A stretch of 40,627 nucleotides of DNA from Actinomycetota bacterium. Its GTDB lineage: Bacteria > Actinomycetota > UBA4738 > CALAEC01. Shown one piece after another: positions 24,942-33,522 of the stretch. The first letter of the stretch is position 1; the number at the start of each line of letters is the position of its first letter. Under the pieces are notes generated by a model. It ran no database searches. It had not been told where the DNA came from and was given only the letters and a program-made list of their open reading frames with translations. The stretch covers positions 1-40,627 of the forward strand of contig DASUTW010000060.1 in the NCBI GenBank assembly GCA_036374395.1, written 5' to 3'. The position numbers were made by a program, and so were the translations under genes.

Positions 24942-25882
24942 CCCGGCGCACGGGCATCCTCCGCATCTCCCGGGAGATGAAGGCGTCGAGTCCCGCCTTC
25001 ATCGTGGGGGAAGCACGCAGCGGGACAAGCATCCTGTACCGGACCCTGATGAAGCACACCTCGTTCCGCACGCACGAGCCGAACCTTGTGGAGACGGAGA
25101 TCTTCGCCCACCTCCGCCGGGTCTTCATGTTCGGGCCCGACTACCCGGCGCCCCTGCTCCGGTACATGCTGGACGACCGGAAGGCCTACGGCGCCTTCCT
25201 GGCCTCGATCCGCCCCCTCCGGCTGGTGAGCGCGCTGAACATCCCCGTCAACCTCCTGAGCCGCGGGCCGATGACCTGGACCCTCCGCACAAACATGGCC
25301 CACCTCGTCCTCCGCAGCTTCTTCTTCCACGCGCGCCTGGCACGAGGCTGTCGGCGGCTCGTGGAGAAGACCCCGACCAATACCCCCTACATCCCCGCGC
25401 TCTCCCGGATCTTCCCTCAGGCCCGCCTGTTGTACATCCACCGCCACCCCGTGGACGTCTACAGCTCCTACCGGCGGAGGGGACAGGCCGACCCTGACGC
25501 CGCGTGGGCCAGATCGCTTACCCCCGATGCCTTCTGCGAGATGTACGCGCACTCGGCCGCTCTCGCCCTCGACTGGGCCGCGGGGCACCACAACCTCCTC
25601 CTCGTCTCCTACGAGCGGTTCACCGGCTCGCCCGAGGTCGAGCTCCGCCGGGTGTGCGAGTTCCTGGGGGAGCCGTTCGAGGCCGCCGTCCTCGAGGAGC
25701 CCAACCCCGACCCGGGCCGGTGGAAGGGCGACCCCCTCCTGTGGGGCCCGATCGTCCCCGTGACGAAGCGGTGGCAGGACTACATGACCGGGGATGAAGC
25801 GGCCCTGATCGAGCATCGTCTCCATGGGACCATGCGACGGCTCGGGTACGACGCGGTCGGGCCCCCGGCGGCATCAGGATGA
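24938..25882 (+). CDS. PAPS-dependent sulfotransferase family protein
   Basis: The 5'-PSB loop is '[14 protein letters not shown]' (25007-25030). '[36 protein letters not shown]' is 3'-PB-like. GTG 24938 overlaps the uxs TGA (GTGA). An alternative start is ATG 24977. Confidence 0.8.
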   Translation: MTRRTGILRISREMKASSPAFIVGEARSGTSILYRTLMKHTSFRTHEPNLVETEIFAHLRRVFMFGPDYPAPLLRYMLDDRKAYGAFLASIRPLRLVSALNIPVNLLSRGPMTWTLRTNMAHLVLRSFFFHARLARGCRRLVEKTPTNTPYIPALSRIFPQARLLYIHRHPVDVYSSYRRRGQADPDAAWARSLTPDAFCEMYAHSAALALDWAAGHHNLLLVSYERFTGSPEVELRRVCEFLGEPFEAAVLEEPNPDPGRWKGDPLLWGPIVPVTKRWQDYMTGDEAALIEHRLHGTMRRLGYDAVGPPAASG

Positions 25883-26288
25883 TCCGGTGCAAGGCAAGGA
25901 TCGCGTGCTTCCCACCCCTTTACCCGAATCGCGTATCGAATAGGGGGGGTGTAGAAGAGCCGGCGCGGCGTACTCTGGGCTCAGGAGGAGCCCGAGAACG
26001 TGGGCGCCGCTCGCTGTTGCTCCTCAAGATGAAGCGGCTCCCTCAGGCACTTCGACCTTCCTAGTTATTTAGGGCTATGCCCATATCACCCCTACGGGGC
26101 ATGCCGGGACGGCCGTCTCGCTGTCACACTATTGGAGGACTGATGCGAAATCCGTATATCTCAGACGCAGTCATGGCCTTCCGGCCGAAATTGCGCGGCG
26201 AGGTTTGCTCACCGGGCGTCGGTGGAGAACATCCTGGTGCGCAGCTGACCGCGACCGTCCCGTCCTGGGAGCCTATCTCGGAGTCTAT
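25883..26288 (+). promoter_or_regulatory. Largest non-coding gap in the window; lower-GC promoter/leader region for the 12-kb plus-strand operon
   Basis: It spans 406 bp with no convincing high-GC3 ORF. Local GC falls to about 55% over 26041-26160, against about 70% elsewhere. It holds several inverted repeats: GAGGAGC (25985-25991) with GCTCCTC (26019-26025), and the 10-bp palindrome GACGGCCGTC (26108-26117). I could not pin down specific -35/-10 boxes. Confidence 0.4.
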
Positions 26289-26292
26289 GTGA
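26143..26292 (+). other. Candidate upstream leader ORF (49 codons) ending on the start codon of the priming transferase
   Basis: GGAGG (26134-26138) lies 4 nt before ATG 26143. The stop TGA 26290-26292 overlaps GTG 26289-26291 of the downstream gene. The first codons are atypical for this genome (CGA AAT CCG TAT ATC TCA GAC GCA). Coding status is unproven. Confidence 0.2.
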
Positions 26293-27770
26293 ACGGATCG
26301 ATCAAACAGGAAGCCGTGCCCGGTAAGGGCGTGGAGACCGGTTCCGCGCCTGCCCAGCGCCCTACCCTGAGGCTCGAGCGCCGCCGCACCGCCCGCACGG
26401 CCGGCACGGCGCTGCCCCTCCGTCGGCGGGCCCGATTCGGCCTCGTGGTCGCCGACGCCGTCGCCCTGCTCGGGGCCCTCGCGGTGATGGGAAGCATCCG
26501 GCCGGAGATCCAAGGGCTCAGCGTGCACATCCTGGCGCCGATGGCCGTCGCCGTGGTCGCTCAGATCGTCGTGTTCGCCGCCGTCGGCCTGTACCGCCTG
26601 TGGCGGATGCCGGCCTGGGACGAGGTCCGCCGGATGGTGGGGGCCACGGCCATCTGGGTGATCGTCGTGGCCATCGCCACTCCATGGTGGAGCGGCGCGG
26701 TCTCGAGATCATTCCTCCTGTACACCTGGCTGATCGCCCTGGCCTTCCTGTTCCCGATGCGGGGGGTGGTCCGCTGGGCCCTGAGCCGGGCCAAGACCAA
26801 GGAGGAGGCGGCCCTGCGGACTGCGGTGGTCGGGCCCAACGGCGAGGCCGGCTCGATGGTCAGCGGGCTCTCCGGATCCGGGGAGATCGCACCGGTCGGG
26901 TACATCGCCATGAACCCGGGGGACACCCACTCGAACGGGCTGCCGGTGCTGGGCACCCTCCAGGACCTCGGGTCGATCATCGTCGACAAGGAGATCGAGT
27001 GCCTGCTCCTTCCGGCGACGGGGCTCTCCGAGGACGAGATCCTGCGCGTCTCGAGAGCCTGTCGGCGGGCGAGCATCGAGTTGAAGGTGTGGTCCGAGCT
27101 GCCCGACATCCTCGGATCACGGCTGGCGATCCAGCCGATGGACGGCCGGGTGGCCCTGGCGCTTGAGCCGGTCCACTTCACCTCCACCCAGGCGGCGCTG
27201 AAGCGGTCGTTTGATCTCGTGACCGCCTCCCTCAGCCTCCTGGTGCTGCTGCCCTTCCTGGCCCTGATCGGGCTGGCGATCCGGCTCACCTCCCGGGGCC
27301 CGGTGCTGTTCCGACAGCCCCGGGTCACCAAGGACGGCCGGGTGTTCACGATGTACAAGTTCCGCACCATGGTGAGCGAGCTCCAGGAGGCCCTGGAGAT
27401 CGACCTCACCCAGCCATTCTTCAAGATGAGGGAGGATCCCCGTCTCACCAAGGTGGGACGGATGCTCCGCAGCCTCAGTCTCGATGAGCTCCCCCAGCTG
27501 CTGAACGTGATCCTCGGGGACATGAGCATGGTGGGCCCTCGGCCCCTCCCGGTCGAGCAGATCGAGGCCAACGCGGAGTTCTTCGCCCCGCGCCACGAGG
27601 TCCGTGGAGGCATCACGGGCTGGTGGCAGATCTCGGGACGCAGCGCCCTCGACTCCCGGCGGGCCCTCCGTCGGGACCTCTGGTACATCGAGAACTGGTC
27701 GCTGGGCCTCGACGTCTACATCTTGATCCGCACGCTCGGAGCTGTGATCGCACGACGAGGGGCCTGGTAA
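26289..27770 (+). CDS. Polyprenyl-phosphate glycosyl-1-phosphate transferase (large WbaP/CpsE-type bacterial sugar transferase)
   Basis: N-terminal TM segments are followed by a central soluble domain and then the C-terminal catalytic domain. The catalytic domain has 'KRSFDLVTASLSLLVLLPFLALIGLAIRL', 'PVLFRQPRVTKDGRVFTMYKFRTM', 'DELPQLLNVILGDMSMVGPRP', 'GITGWWQISGRS' and 'DLWYIENWSLGLD'. GTG 26289 is preceded by GGAG (26280-26283). Confidence 0.88.
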   Translation: MNGSIKQEAVPGKGVETGSAPAQRPTLRLERRRTARTAGTALPLRRRARFGLVVADAVALLGALAVMGSIRPEIQGLSVHILAPMAVAVVAQIVVFAAVGLYRLWRMPAWDEVRRMVGATAIWVIVVAIATPWWSGAVSRSFLLYTWLIALAFLFPMRGVVRWALSRAKTKEEAALRTAVVGPNGEAGSMVSGLSGSGEIAPVGYIAMNPGDTHSNGLPVLGTLQDLGSIIVDKEIECLLLPATGLSEDEILRVSRACRRASIELKVWSELPDILGSRLAIQPMDGRVALALEPVHFTSTQAALKRSFDLVTASLSLLVLLPFLALIGLAIRLTSRGPVLFRQPRVTKDGRVFTMYKFRTMVSELQEALEIDLTQPFFKMREDPRLTKVGRMLRSLSLDELPQLLNVILGDMSMVGPRPLPVEQIEANAEFFAPRHEVRGGITGWWQISGRSALDSRRALRRDLWYIENWSLGLDVYILIRTLGAVIARRGAW

Positions 27771-27780
27771 GGAGTAGAGG

Positions 27781-29160
27781 ATGAAGATTGGAGTCATCGG
27801 AACGGGACACGTTGGTCTGGTGGCGTGTGTCACCTACGCCGAGATGGGCCATCAGGTGGTCGGGGTCGACGTGGACGAGGAGCGCGTCGACCAGCTGGGG
27901 CGTGGCATCGCGCCCTTCTTCGAGCCGGGGCTGGTCGAGCTCCTGCAGCGGCACCTGGCCGGCGGGAGCCTCTCCTTCAGCACGGCCATCGCCGACGCGG
28001 TCCGGGGCGCTGAGGTCGTGTTCATCTGCGTGGGCACGCCTAGCCGAGCGACCGGCGAGGCCAACCTCCTGGCGGTGGAACGGGTCGCCCGGGAGGTCGC
28101 CGTGCACTCGGATCAGGCGGCCGGAGGACGGCTGGTCCTCGTCCAGAAGTCGACCGTTCCCGCGGGAACGGCCACCCGGGTCCGCAGGGCGCTCCGCATG
28201 GCGAACCGGGACGCGGGGGCCCGGGTCAGCGTGGCCTCGAACCCGGAGTTCCTCCGGGAGGGGCAGGCGATCCGGGACTCCCTGGAGCCCGACCGGATCC
28301 TTGTGGGGGCCGACTCCGTGTACGCATTCGAGGCGATGCGGCGGCTGTACAAGTCCCTCATCGACAATGGCACCGAGTACATCGAGACCGACGTGCCCAC
28401 GGCCGAGCTGGCCAAGCACGCGTCCAACGCGTTCCTGGCGCTGAAGATCTCCTACGCGAACGCGCTGGCCCGCCTGTGCGAGCGCTCGGGAGCCGACGTC
28501 ACCCGCGTGGCCGACATCATGGGGTCGGATCCGCGGATCGGACGGGCGTTCCTGGACGCCGGGATGGGGTACGGCGGGTTCTGCTTCCCCAAGGACCTCC
28601 AAGCCTTCGAGCACCTCTCCGACAGCCTCGGGTACGACTTCCCGCTCCTGCGGGAGGTGGCCCGGCTCAACAACGAGGCCCTGGTGGCCACCCTGACCAA
28701 GATCAAGGAGGGGGTGTGGAACCTCGAAGACAAGCGCGTCGCTCTGCTCGGGCTGTCGTTCAAGCCCGGGACCGACGACGTGCGATTCGCTCCCGCCCTC
28801 GAGCTGGCCCAGCGCCTCCTGGACGAGGGGGCCACCGTGGTCGGCTACGACCCGCAGGCCATGACGAACGCCAAGCAGGAGGTTCCGGGGCTGGAGCTCG
28901 CGGCCGACCCCTACGAGGCCGCCTCAGGCGCGCATTGCCTCGTACTATGCACTCAGTGGCCGGAGTTCCGAGACCTCGACCTGCATCATCTGCGGCGCGT
29001 CATGACCGATCCCCTGGTCGTGGACGGCCGGAACCTCTTCGACGCGCGCCAGATGGCCGCGGCGGGGTTCCTGTACTTCTCGGTGGGGCGGCCGCCCGGC
29101 GGCCTGGAGATCGACCTGCGCGACGTGGGGGAGACCCAGCAGGCCGACGCCTCCTCGTAG
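27781..29160 (+). CDS. ugd: UDP-glucose 6-dehydrogenase
   Basis: The Rossmann motif is 'MKIGVIGTGHVGLV' and the catalytic Cys motif is 'GYGGFCFPKD'; 'GLSFKPGTDD' is also present. A strong SD 'AAGGAG' lies upstream. Confidence 0.92.
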   Translation: MKIGVIGTGHVGLVACVTYAEMGHQVVGVDVDEERVDQLGRGIAPFFEPGLVELLQRHLAGGSLSFSTAIADAVRGAEVVFICVGTPSRATGEANLLAVERVAREVAVHSDQAAGGRLVLVQKSTVPAGTATRVRRALRMANRDAGARVSVASNPEFLREGQAIRDSLEPDRILVGADSVYAFEAMRRLYKSLIDNGTEYIETDVPTAELAKHASNAFLALKISYANALARLCERSGADVTRVADIMGSDPRIGRAFLDAGMGYGGFCFPKDLQAFEHLSDSLGYDFPLLREVARLNNEALVATLTKIKEGVWNLEDKRVALLGLSFKPGTDDVRFAPALELAQRLLDEGATVVGYDPQAMTNAKQEVPGLELAADPYEAASGAHCLVLCTQWPEFRDLDLHHLRRVMTDPLVVDGRNLFDARQMAAAGFLYFSVGRPPGGLEIDLRDVGETQQADASS

Positions 29161-29170
29161 CCCCCTGCCG

Positions 29171-30202
29171 ATGCGCCGACCGCCGGAGGATGCGAGGATG
29201 ACGCGCGCGCCGGAACGGGTCCCCGATCCCACTCGGGAGTGGGCGACCCTGCCGACCTCTCGCGCCCCCCGGTGGTTCCTCCCACGACGACGGGGGACGG
29301 CCACCAGGCGGAGCTTCATGATCTACCACCCGGTCACCCTCCGGAGCCGCGTGGGCTGGGAGGCGGCCCGACGCCTGGCGGCCGTGGGCGCGCTGGAGCT
29401 CCTCCGGCCCTCGAACATGCTACCCCGCGAGGTCTGGGAGCCCGTCGCCGGGGTGATCCCGCAGGGCGGCGCCCTGGCGGTGGCCAGAGCCAACCACCCC
29501 GGCCGGTTCCTGGCCTTGGTGGTGGGGGCCGACGGCGACCTGCTCGCCTTCCTCAAGGTGGCCCGGGACAGCGTGGGGTCGGACGTCCTCGAGCGCGAGC
29601 GGCGGGCCCTGGAGACCTACGGGCCACTCCTCCCCCCTCCCTTGTTCACCCCGCGGGTCCTGGACGGCCAGGCGGGGAGCCTGCTGCTGGAGGCGATCGA
29701 GTGGAGGAGCCGGGCCATCCCCTGGGGGCTCCCCACCGACGTCGCCCACGCGATGGGAAGATTCTACGCGGCCTCGGTCTCGGAAGGGTCGCAGGGGGTC
29801 ACGCAGGGGGACTTCACCCCGTGGAACCTCCTGCGAGCCCCCCACGGCTGGGCGCTCGTCGATTGGGAGAGCGCGGAGAGCGGCGTGCCGCCATTCTTTG
29901 ACTTGTTCCACTTCTTCGTGCAGTCCAGCGCCGAGCTCAGGCGGCCCAGCAAGCGGGCCGTGATCGAGGGGCTGGACCTGCGGGGGTGGGTCGGTGCGTG
30001 CGTGGAGGCCTACTCCGCCGGGGCGGGGGTCGATCCGCGGGCGGCGAAGGATCTCTTCGGCGAGTACCTGCGGTTCAGCGCCGCGCGCGTGTCCGCGGGC
30101 GCTCCCCCGAGGGCCCGGCGCATCCGGCGCGAGCTGGCCGCGCGCCTCGGAGCGGTGAGGACGGGGGCGCCCCAGCCCGATGCGGCAGGAGGTGGGCCAT
30201 GA
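29171..30202 (+). CDS. Protein-kinase-like / aminoglycoside-phosphotransferase-fold protein (substrate unknown)
   Basis: 'QGDFTPWNLL...WALVDWESA' resembles the APH/choline-kinase catalytic loop plus DxE/D metal site. The usual H before GD is Q here. The N-terminus is uncertain: ATG 29171, 29198 or 29318. Confidence 0.6.
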   Translation: MRRPPEDARMTRAPERVPDPTREWATLPTSRAPRWFLPRRRGTATRRSFMIYHPVTLRSRVGWEAARRLAAVGALELLRPSNMLPREVWEPVAGVIPQGGALAVARANHPGRFLALVVGADGDLLAFLKVARDSVGSDVLERERRALETYGPLLPPPLFTPRVLDGQAGSLLLEAIEWRSRAIPWGLPTDVAHAMGRFYAASVSEGSQGVTQGDFTPWNLLRAPHGWALVDWESAESGVPPFFDLFHFFVQSSAELRRPSKRAVIEGLDLRGWVGACVEAYSAGAGVDPRAAKDLFGEYLRFSAARVSAGAPPRARRIRRELAARLGAVRTGAPQPDAAGGGP

Positions 30203-30852
30203 GGTCCTGGAGTGGCGTCTACGTCGTCCTGGCCGGACCCGACGGCTCAGGCAAGTCCACCCTAGCCTCGAGGCTCGCGGCGGCGGCCCGGCGGTCGGGG
30301 AGGCCGGCTCGCCACCTGCACTGGAGGCCGGGGCTGCTGCCCCAGGCCGGGAGCCTGGTCGGCAGGGCTCCAGGCGACCCGTCCACGCCGCACGCGGAGG
30401 AGCCGCAGGGCCGGGTGCTCTCGCTCCTCCGGCTTGTGTACTACTGGGCGGACTTCCTGCTGGGGACGTGGCTGCGGGTGCAGCCGATCACGGCCCGCGG
30501 AGGGCTGGTGGTGATGGAGCGAGGGTGGTGGGACATCGCCGTGGATCCGCGGCGGTACCGCCTCCGGGTCGGCGCCCGGGTGATCCGGGCGCTGGGACGG
30601 CTGCTGCCGGCCCCGGACCTGGTGCTCGTGCTCAGGGCCTCTCCCGAAATTCTCGCCCAGCGCAAGGAGGAGCTCCCGACCTCGGAGCTGGCGCGCCAGA
30701 ACGACAGATGGGACGAGATCCGGTTCCCACAGCGGATCGCCAAGATCGTCCTCGACGCCACCCGTAGCCAGGACGACCTCGTCGCCGACGCGGCGGCCCA
30801 CATGGCCACGGTGTCGGGGGGCGACCCCGTCGGGGCCGGGGGGGTGGAGTAG
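30199..30852 (+). CDS. P-loop nucleoside/nucleotide-kinase-like protein
   Basis: ATG 30199 overlaps the upstream TGA (ATGA). Walker A is 'VVLAGPDGSGKSTLA' and 'LVVMERGWWD' is Walker-B-like. It is about 217 aa. It lacks the 'LDGDN' motif I associate with APS kinase. Confidence 0.65.
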   Translation: MRSWSGVYVVLAGPDGSGKSTLASRLAAAARRSGRPARHLHWRPGLLPQAGSLVGRAPGDPSTPHAEEPQGRVLSLLRLVYYWADFLLGTWLRVQPITARGGLVVMERGWWDIAVDPRRYRLRVGARVIRALGRLLPAPDLVLVLRASPEILAQRKEELPTSELARQNDRWDEIRFPQRIAKIVLDATRSQDDLVADAAAHMATVSGGDPVGAGGVE

Positions 30853-30854
30853 CC

Positions 30855-32105
30855 GTGCCCCGGTTCCTCGCCTTCGCATACGGCTGTGAGCCCGACAAGG
30901 GCTCCGAGCCCGGCGCGGGATGGATCTGGAGCCGGATGCTGGCCCGCATCGGCGAGACCTGGGTGATCACGCGGGAGAACAACCGGCCCTCGATCGAGGC
31001 CGCACTGCCCTCGACCCCGGAGCGGGACAACCTCCGGTTCGTGTACGTGGACCTGCCGGAGCGGGCCAGGTTCTGGAAGCGGGGCATGCGTGGCGCCAGG
31101 CTCTACTACGTCCTGTGGCAGGCGGCGGCGGTGTCCAGGGCCCGCCGACTTGTCCGGGAGTCCGAGTTCGACGCGGTATGGCATCTCACCTGGGCGAACG
31201 CCTGGATCGGGTCCATGGCGGCCCTCCTCCCCCGCCCGTTCATCTACGGCCCGGTCGGCGGCGGCGTGAGGATGCATTGGGGCTTCACGTCCGTGGTGGG
31301 CTTTCGTGGCACGATGTATGAGGTCTTCCGCGCGCTGGCCAGGGGCACGGCACGATACTTCAATCCCATTGCACGGCTCGCCTGGAGGAAGGCGCGGCTG
31401 ATCCTCGTCCTGAACGAGGACACCCGGAACTGGCTTCCACGACGACATCGCGACAGGGCAGTTGTCTTCCCGCACGCCGTCCTGGACCGACCGCCACGCC
31501 CGACTGCCGACTCACGAAGTCCCGGCCGCAACGTCGCGCTGTTCGCCGGACGGCTGGTCCCTTGGAAGGGAGGGGCTCTCGCAATTCAAGCGCTTAGTCT
31601 GCTTCCTGAGTGGCGGCTGCTGTTCTGTGGTGGAGGCCCGGACGAGGCTCGCCTGAAGCTCCTGGCGGCACGCTCAGACGTCGAGGAACGAGTGGACTTC
31701 CTGGGATGGATGACGAGAGATGAAGTGACCTCCTGGATGCGAAAGGCGGACGTCTTCCTGTTCCCCAGCCTTCACGACGATGCACCGTTCGCTGTCGCTG
31801 AGGCACTGGCGGAGGGGCTTCCAGTCGTCTGCCTCGCTCGCGGTGGAGCGGCCGCCATTGCGGGACGCGGCGTGCCAACCGCATCCGTGGCCAGCACTGT
31901 TGCGGGATTGGCCGAAGCTGTTCGGGAGTCAAGCAATGTGGAAGTCCCAGCTTTCCCGGACATCGATTCTCGCGCTCAAAGGCTCGCGGAGCTCCTTCGC
32001 GAGCGGTTCCCCTCCTGGGGCATACAGGTACCGGAAGAGACGAACCATCCAGAGGCGATCCATGGACCCACCGGCCTGAGGGGTGATCCACCTGCTGAGT
32101 CCTGA
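30855..32105 (+). CDS. Glycosyltransferase family 4, 'CEPDKGSEP' N-terminal subtype (paralog of 10532-11728)
   Basis: Motifs are 'MPRFLAFAYGCEPDKGSEPGAGW', 'GPVGGG', 'FAGRLVPWKG' and 'HDDAPFAVAEALAEGLPVVC'. GTG 30855 lies 2 nt after the previous stop. Confidence 0.85.
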   Translation: MPRFLAFAYGCEPDKGSEPGAGWIWSRMLARIGETWVITRENNRPSIEAALPSTPERDNLRFVYVDLPERARFWKRGMRGARLYYVLWQAAAVSRARRLVRESEFDAVWHLTWANAWIGSMAALLPRPFIYGPVGGGVRMHWGFTSVVGFRGTMYEVFRALARGTARYFNPIARLAWRKARLILVLNEDTRNWLPRRHRDRAVVFPHAVLDRPPRPTADSRSPGRNVALFAGRLVPWKGGALAIQALSLLPEWRLLFCGGGPDEARLKLLAARSDVEERVDFLGWMTRDEVTSWMRKADVFLFPSLHDDAPFAVAEALAEGLPVVCLARGGAAAIAGRGVPTASVASTVAGLAEAVRESSNVEVPAFPDIDSRAQRLAELLRERFPSWGIQVPEETNHPEAIHGPTGLRGDPPAES

Positions 32106-33522
32106 TCTCAGGCGTGCGGGGAGCGAGACGCTCCTTGTGATCTCCGGACTCGCTCTCGCAGCGGCGGCAGGAGCCTACAGCGTCGGGCATCCACAGCGAG
32201 CGCTTGTGTTCGGCCCGCTGTTCGTCCTCGGGCTCATCCTTCTGGACCTCAATGGACGCAAGGGAACGCTCGTCGACCGCTTCGGGTGGATCCCCTGGGC
32301 GTGGGTCGCTCTGCTCTTGGTGACCGACCTTCGCCTCATCAATGCGGATCCGCTGGCCGTCGCGGCCGGTGCTGCGAATGTTCAGCACCTCATCCAGATC
32401 GCGGCCTACGCGCTCGTCACCGTTCTGGTCGTCCGAGCACGGAGCACCATCATCGGCTTGTTCCCGCGACCGGTCCCCAAGGGCCTCCTGCTGGCGTTCC
32501 CGCTGGTCGCCGTGGCGTCCGCGGCCTGGTCGCTCATCCCCATCTATACGGTCGTCCGGGCACTGCAGCTGGTCGTGCTGGCGCTGCTGGCGCTCCTCGT
32601 GGTCCGGATCTGGGCGAGCGATCCAGACGCCGGGGAGGAGATCTTCGCCAGGATGCTTCGGCTTTTTGTCCAGGTCGTGTCGATCCTGGCGGTCATCGGT
32701 CTGGCCACCGCGGAGAACCTCGGCGATCGGTTCACGTGGCTGGGCATGCACCCCGGAGTCACGGCGACCTACACGGGGGCCGCCCTGCTCATCCTCATCC
32801 TCGGCGGACGGTCCTGGTTGCGCTTCCCCGGCTACACCTACTGGCCACGACTGCTCCTGTTCGGCGTGGTGATCTACCTCGCACAGACCCGGAGCGTCCT
32901 GGCCGGCATCGTGATCGGCATAGGCGTGGGCCTCTGGTTCAAGGGTCGGGACAAACCCATCGCTCGGTACCTAGGGGTCGCCTACTACCTCATCGGAGGG
33001 CTTCTGTTCGTCCTGGCCACCTCCCTTCAGCTCACCGGCTACCTGACACGAGGAGAGACGGCTGAATCGATCGCGAGCCTGAGCGGTCGGATCCCGCTCT
33101 GGGAGTTCGCCATCGGCCAGCTGGAATCGGTCCAGGAATGGGCACTGGGGTTCGGCTACGGATCGAGCCGGCTTGTCCTCCTGGCGTCGCCCGGGTTCCA
33201 GTGGGCCGGCTCGGCTCACAGCACATGGGTGGAGGTCCTGCTGGGGATCGGAGTCGTTGGTTTCGTGGCAACCGCGGCCACAATTGTGGCCCTCGTCTTC
33301 ACACTTTCCAGAAGTCAGGCGTTCGGCCGGCCTAACGTCATCGCCCTCTCGATCCTCGCGTTCTTCCTCATGGCCTCCCCGATCTCAGAAGGGATGGCTC
33401 TGCCGGGGATCGGCTTCGGCTTCCTGGCCCTGCTCCACGTCCCCGCCCTCGGCAAGCGAGCGCTCCGGCTGCCGCGACATCGTCCTGATCGCGCACGGGC
33501 AGACGTCCGTACCCGCGGATGA
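32083..33522 (+). CDS. O-antigen ligase / polymerase family membrane protein (Wzy_C-type)
   Basis: At least 10 TM segments flank a large loop, 'RIPLWEFAIGQL...GFGYGSS...AHSTWVEVLLGIGVVG', which is typical of the O-antigen ligase/polymerase domain. The start is GTG 32083 (23-nt overlap with the upstream gene) or GTG 32137. Confidence 0.75.
   Translation: MIHLLSPDLRRAGSETLLVISGLALAAAAGAYSVGHPQRALVFGPLFVLGLILLDLNGRKGTLVDRFGWIPWAWVALLLVTDLRLINADPLAVAAGAANVQHLIQIAAYALVTVLVVRARSTIIGLFPRPVPKGLLLAFPLVAVASAAWSLIPIYTVVRALQLVVLALLALLVVRIWASDPDAGEEIFARMLRLFVQVVSILAVIGLATAENLGDRFTWLGMHPGVTATYTGAALLILILGGRSWLRFPGYTYWPRLLLFGVVIYLAQTRSVLAGIVIGIGVGLWFKGRDKPIARYLGVAYYLIGGLLFVLATSLQLTGYLTRGETAESIASLSGRIPLWEFAIGQLESVQEWALGFGYGSSRLVLLASPGFQWAGSAHSTWVEVLLGIGVVGFVATAATIVALVFTLSRSQAFGRPNVIALSILAFFLMASPISEGMALPGIGFGFLALLHVPALGKRALRLPRHRPDRARADVRTRG

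Noticed and set aside
26076-26103. A hairpin, ATGCCC-N14-GGGCAT, in the leader region.
   Set aside because: It has only 6 bp (7 with a G-U pair) and a 14-nt loop, which is too weak to call a terminator or riboswitch element on its own.
30199-30852. Whether the P-loop protein is an APS kinase supplying PAPS to the sulfotransferase.
   Set aside because: Only the Walker A resembles one. The APS-kinase motifs I remember (for example 'LDGDNxR') are absent, and the overall pattern looks more like a generic small nucleotide kinase. It stays an open question, not a call.
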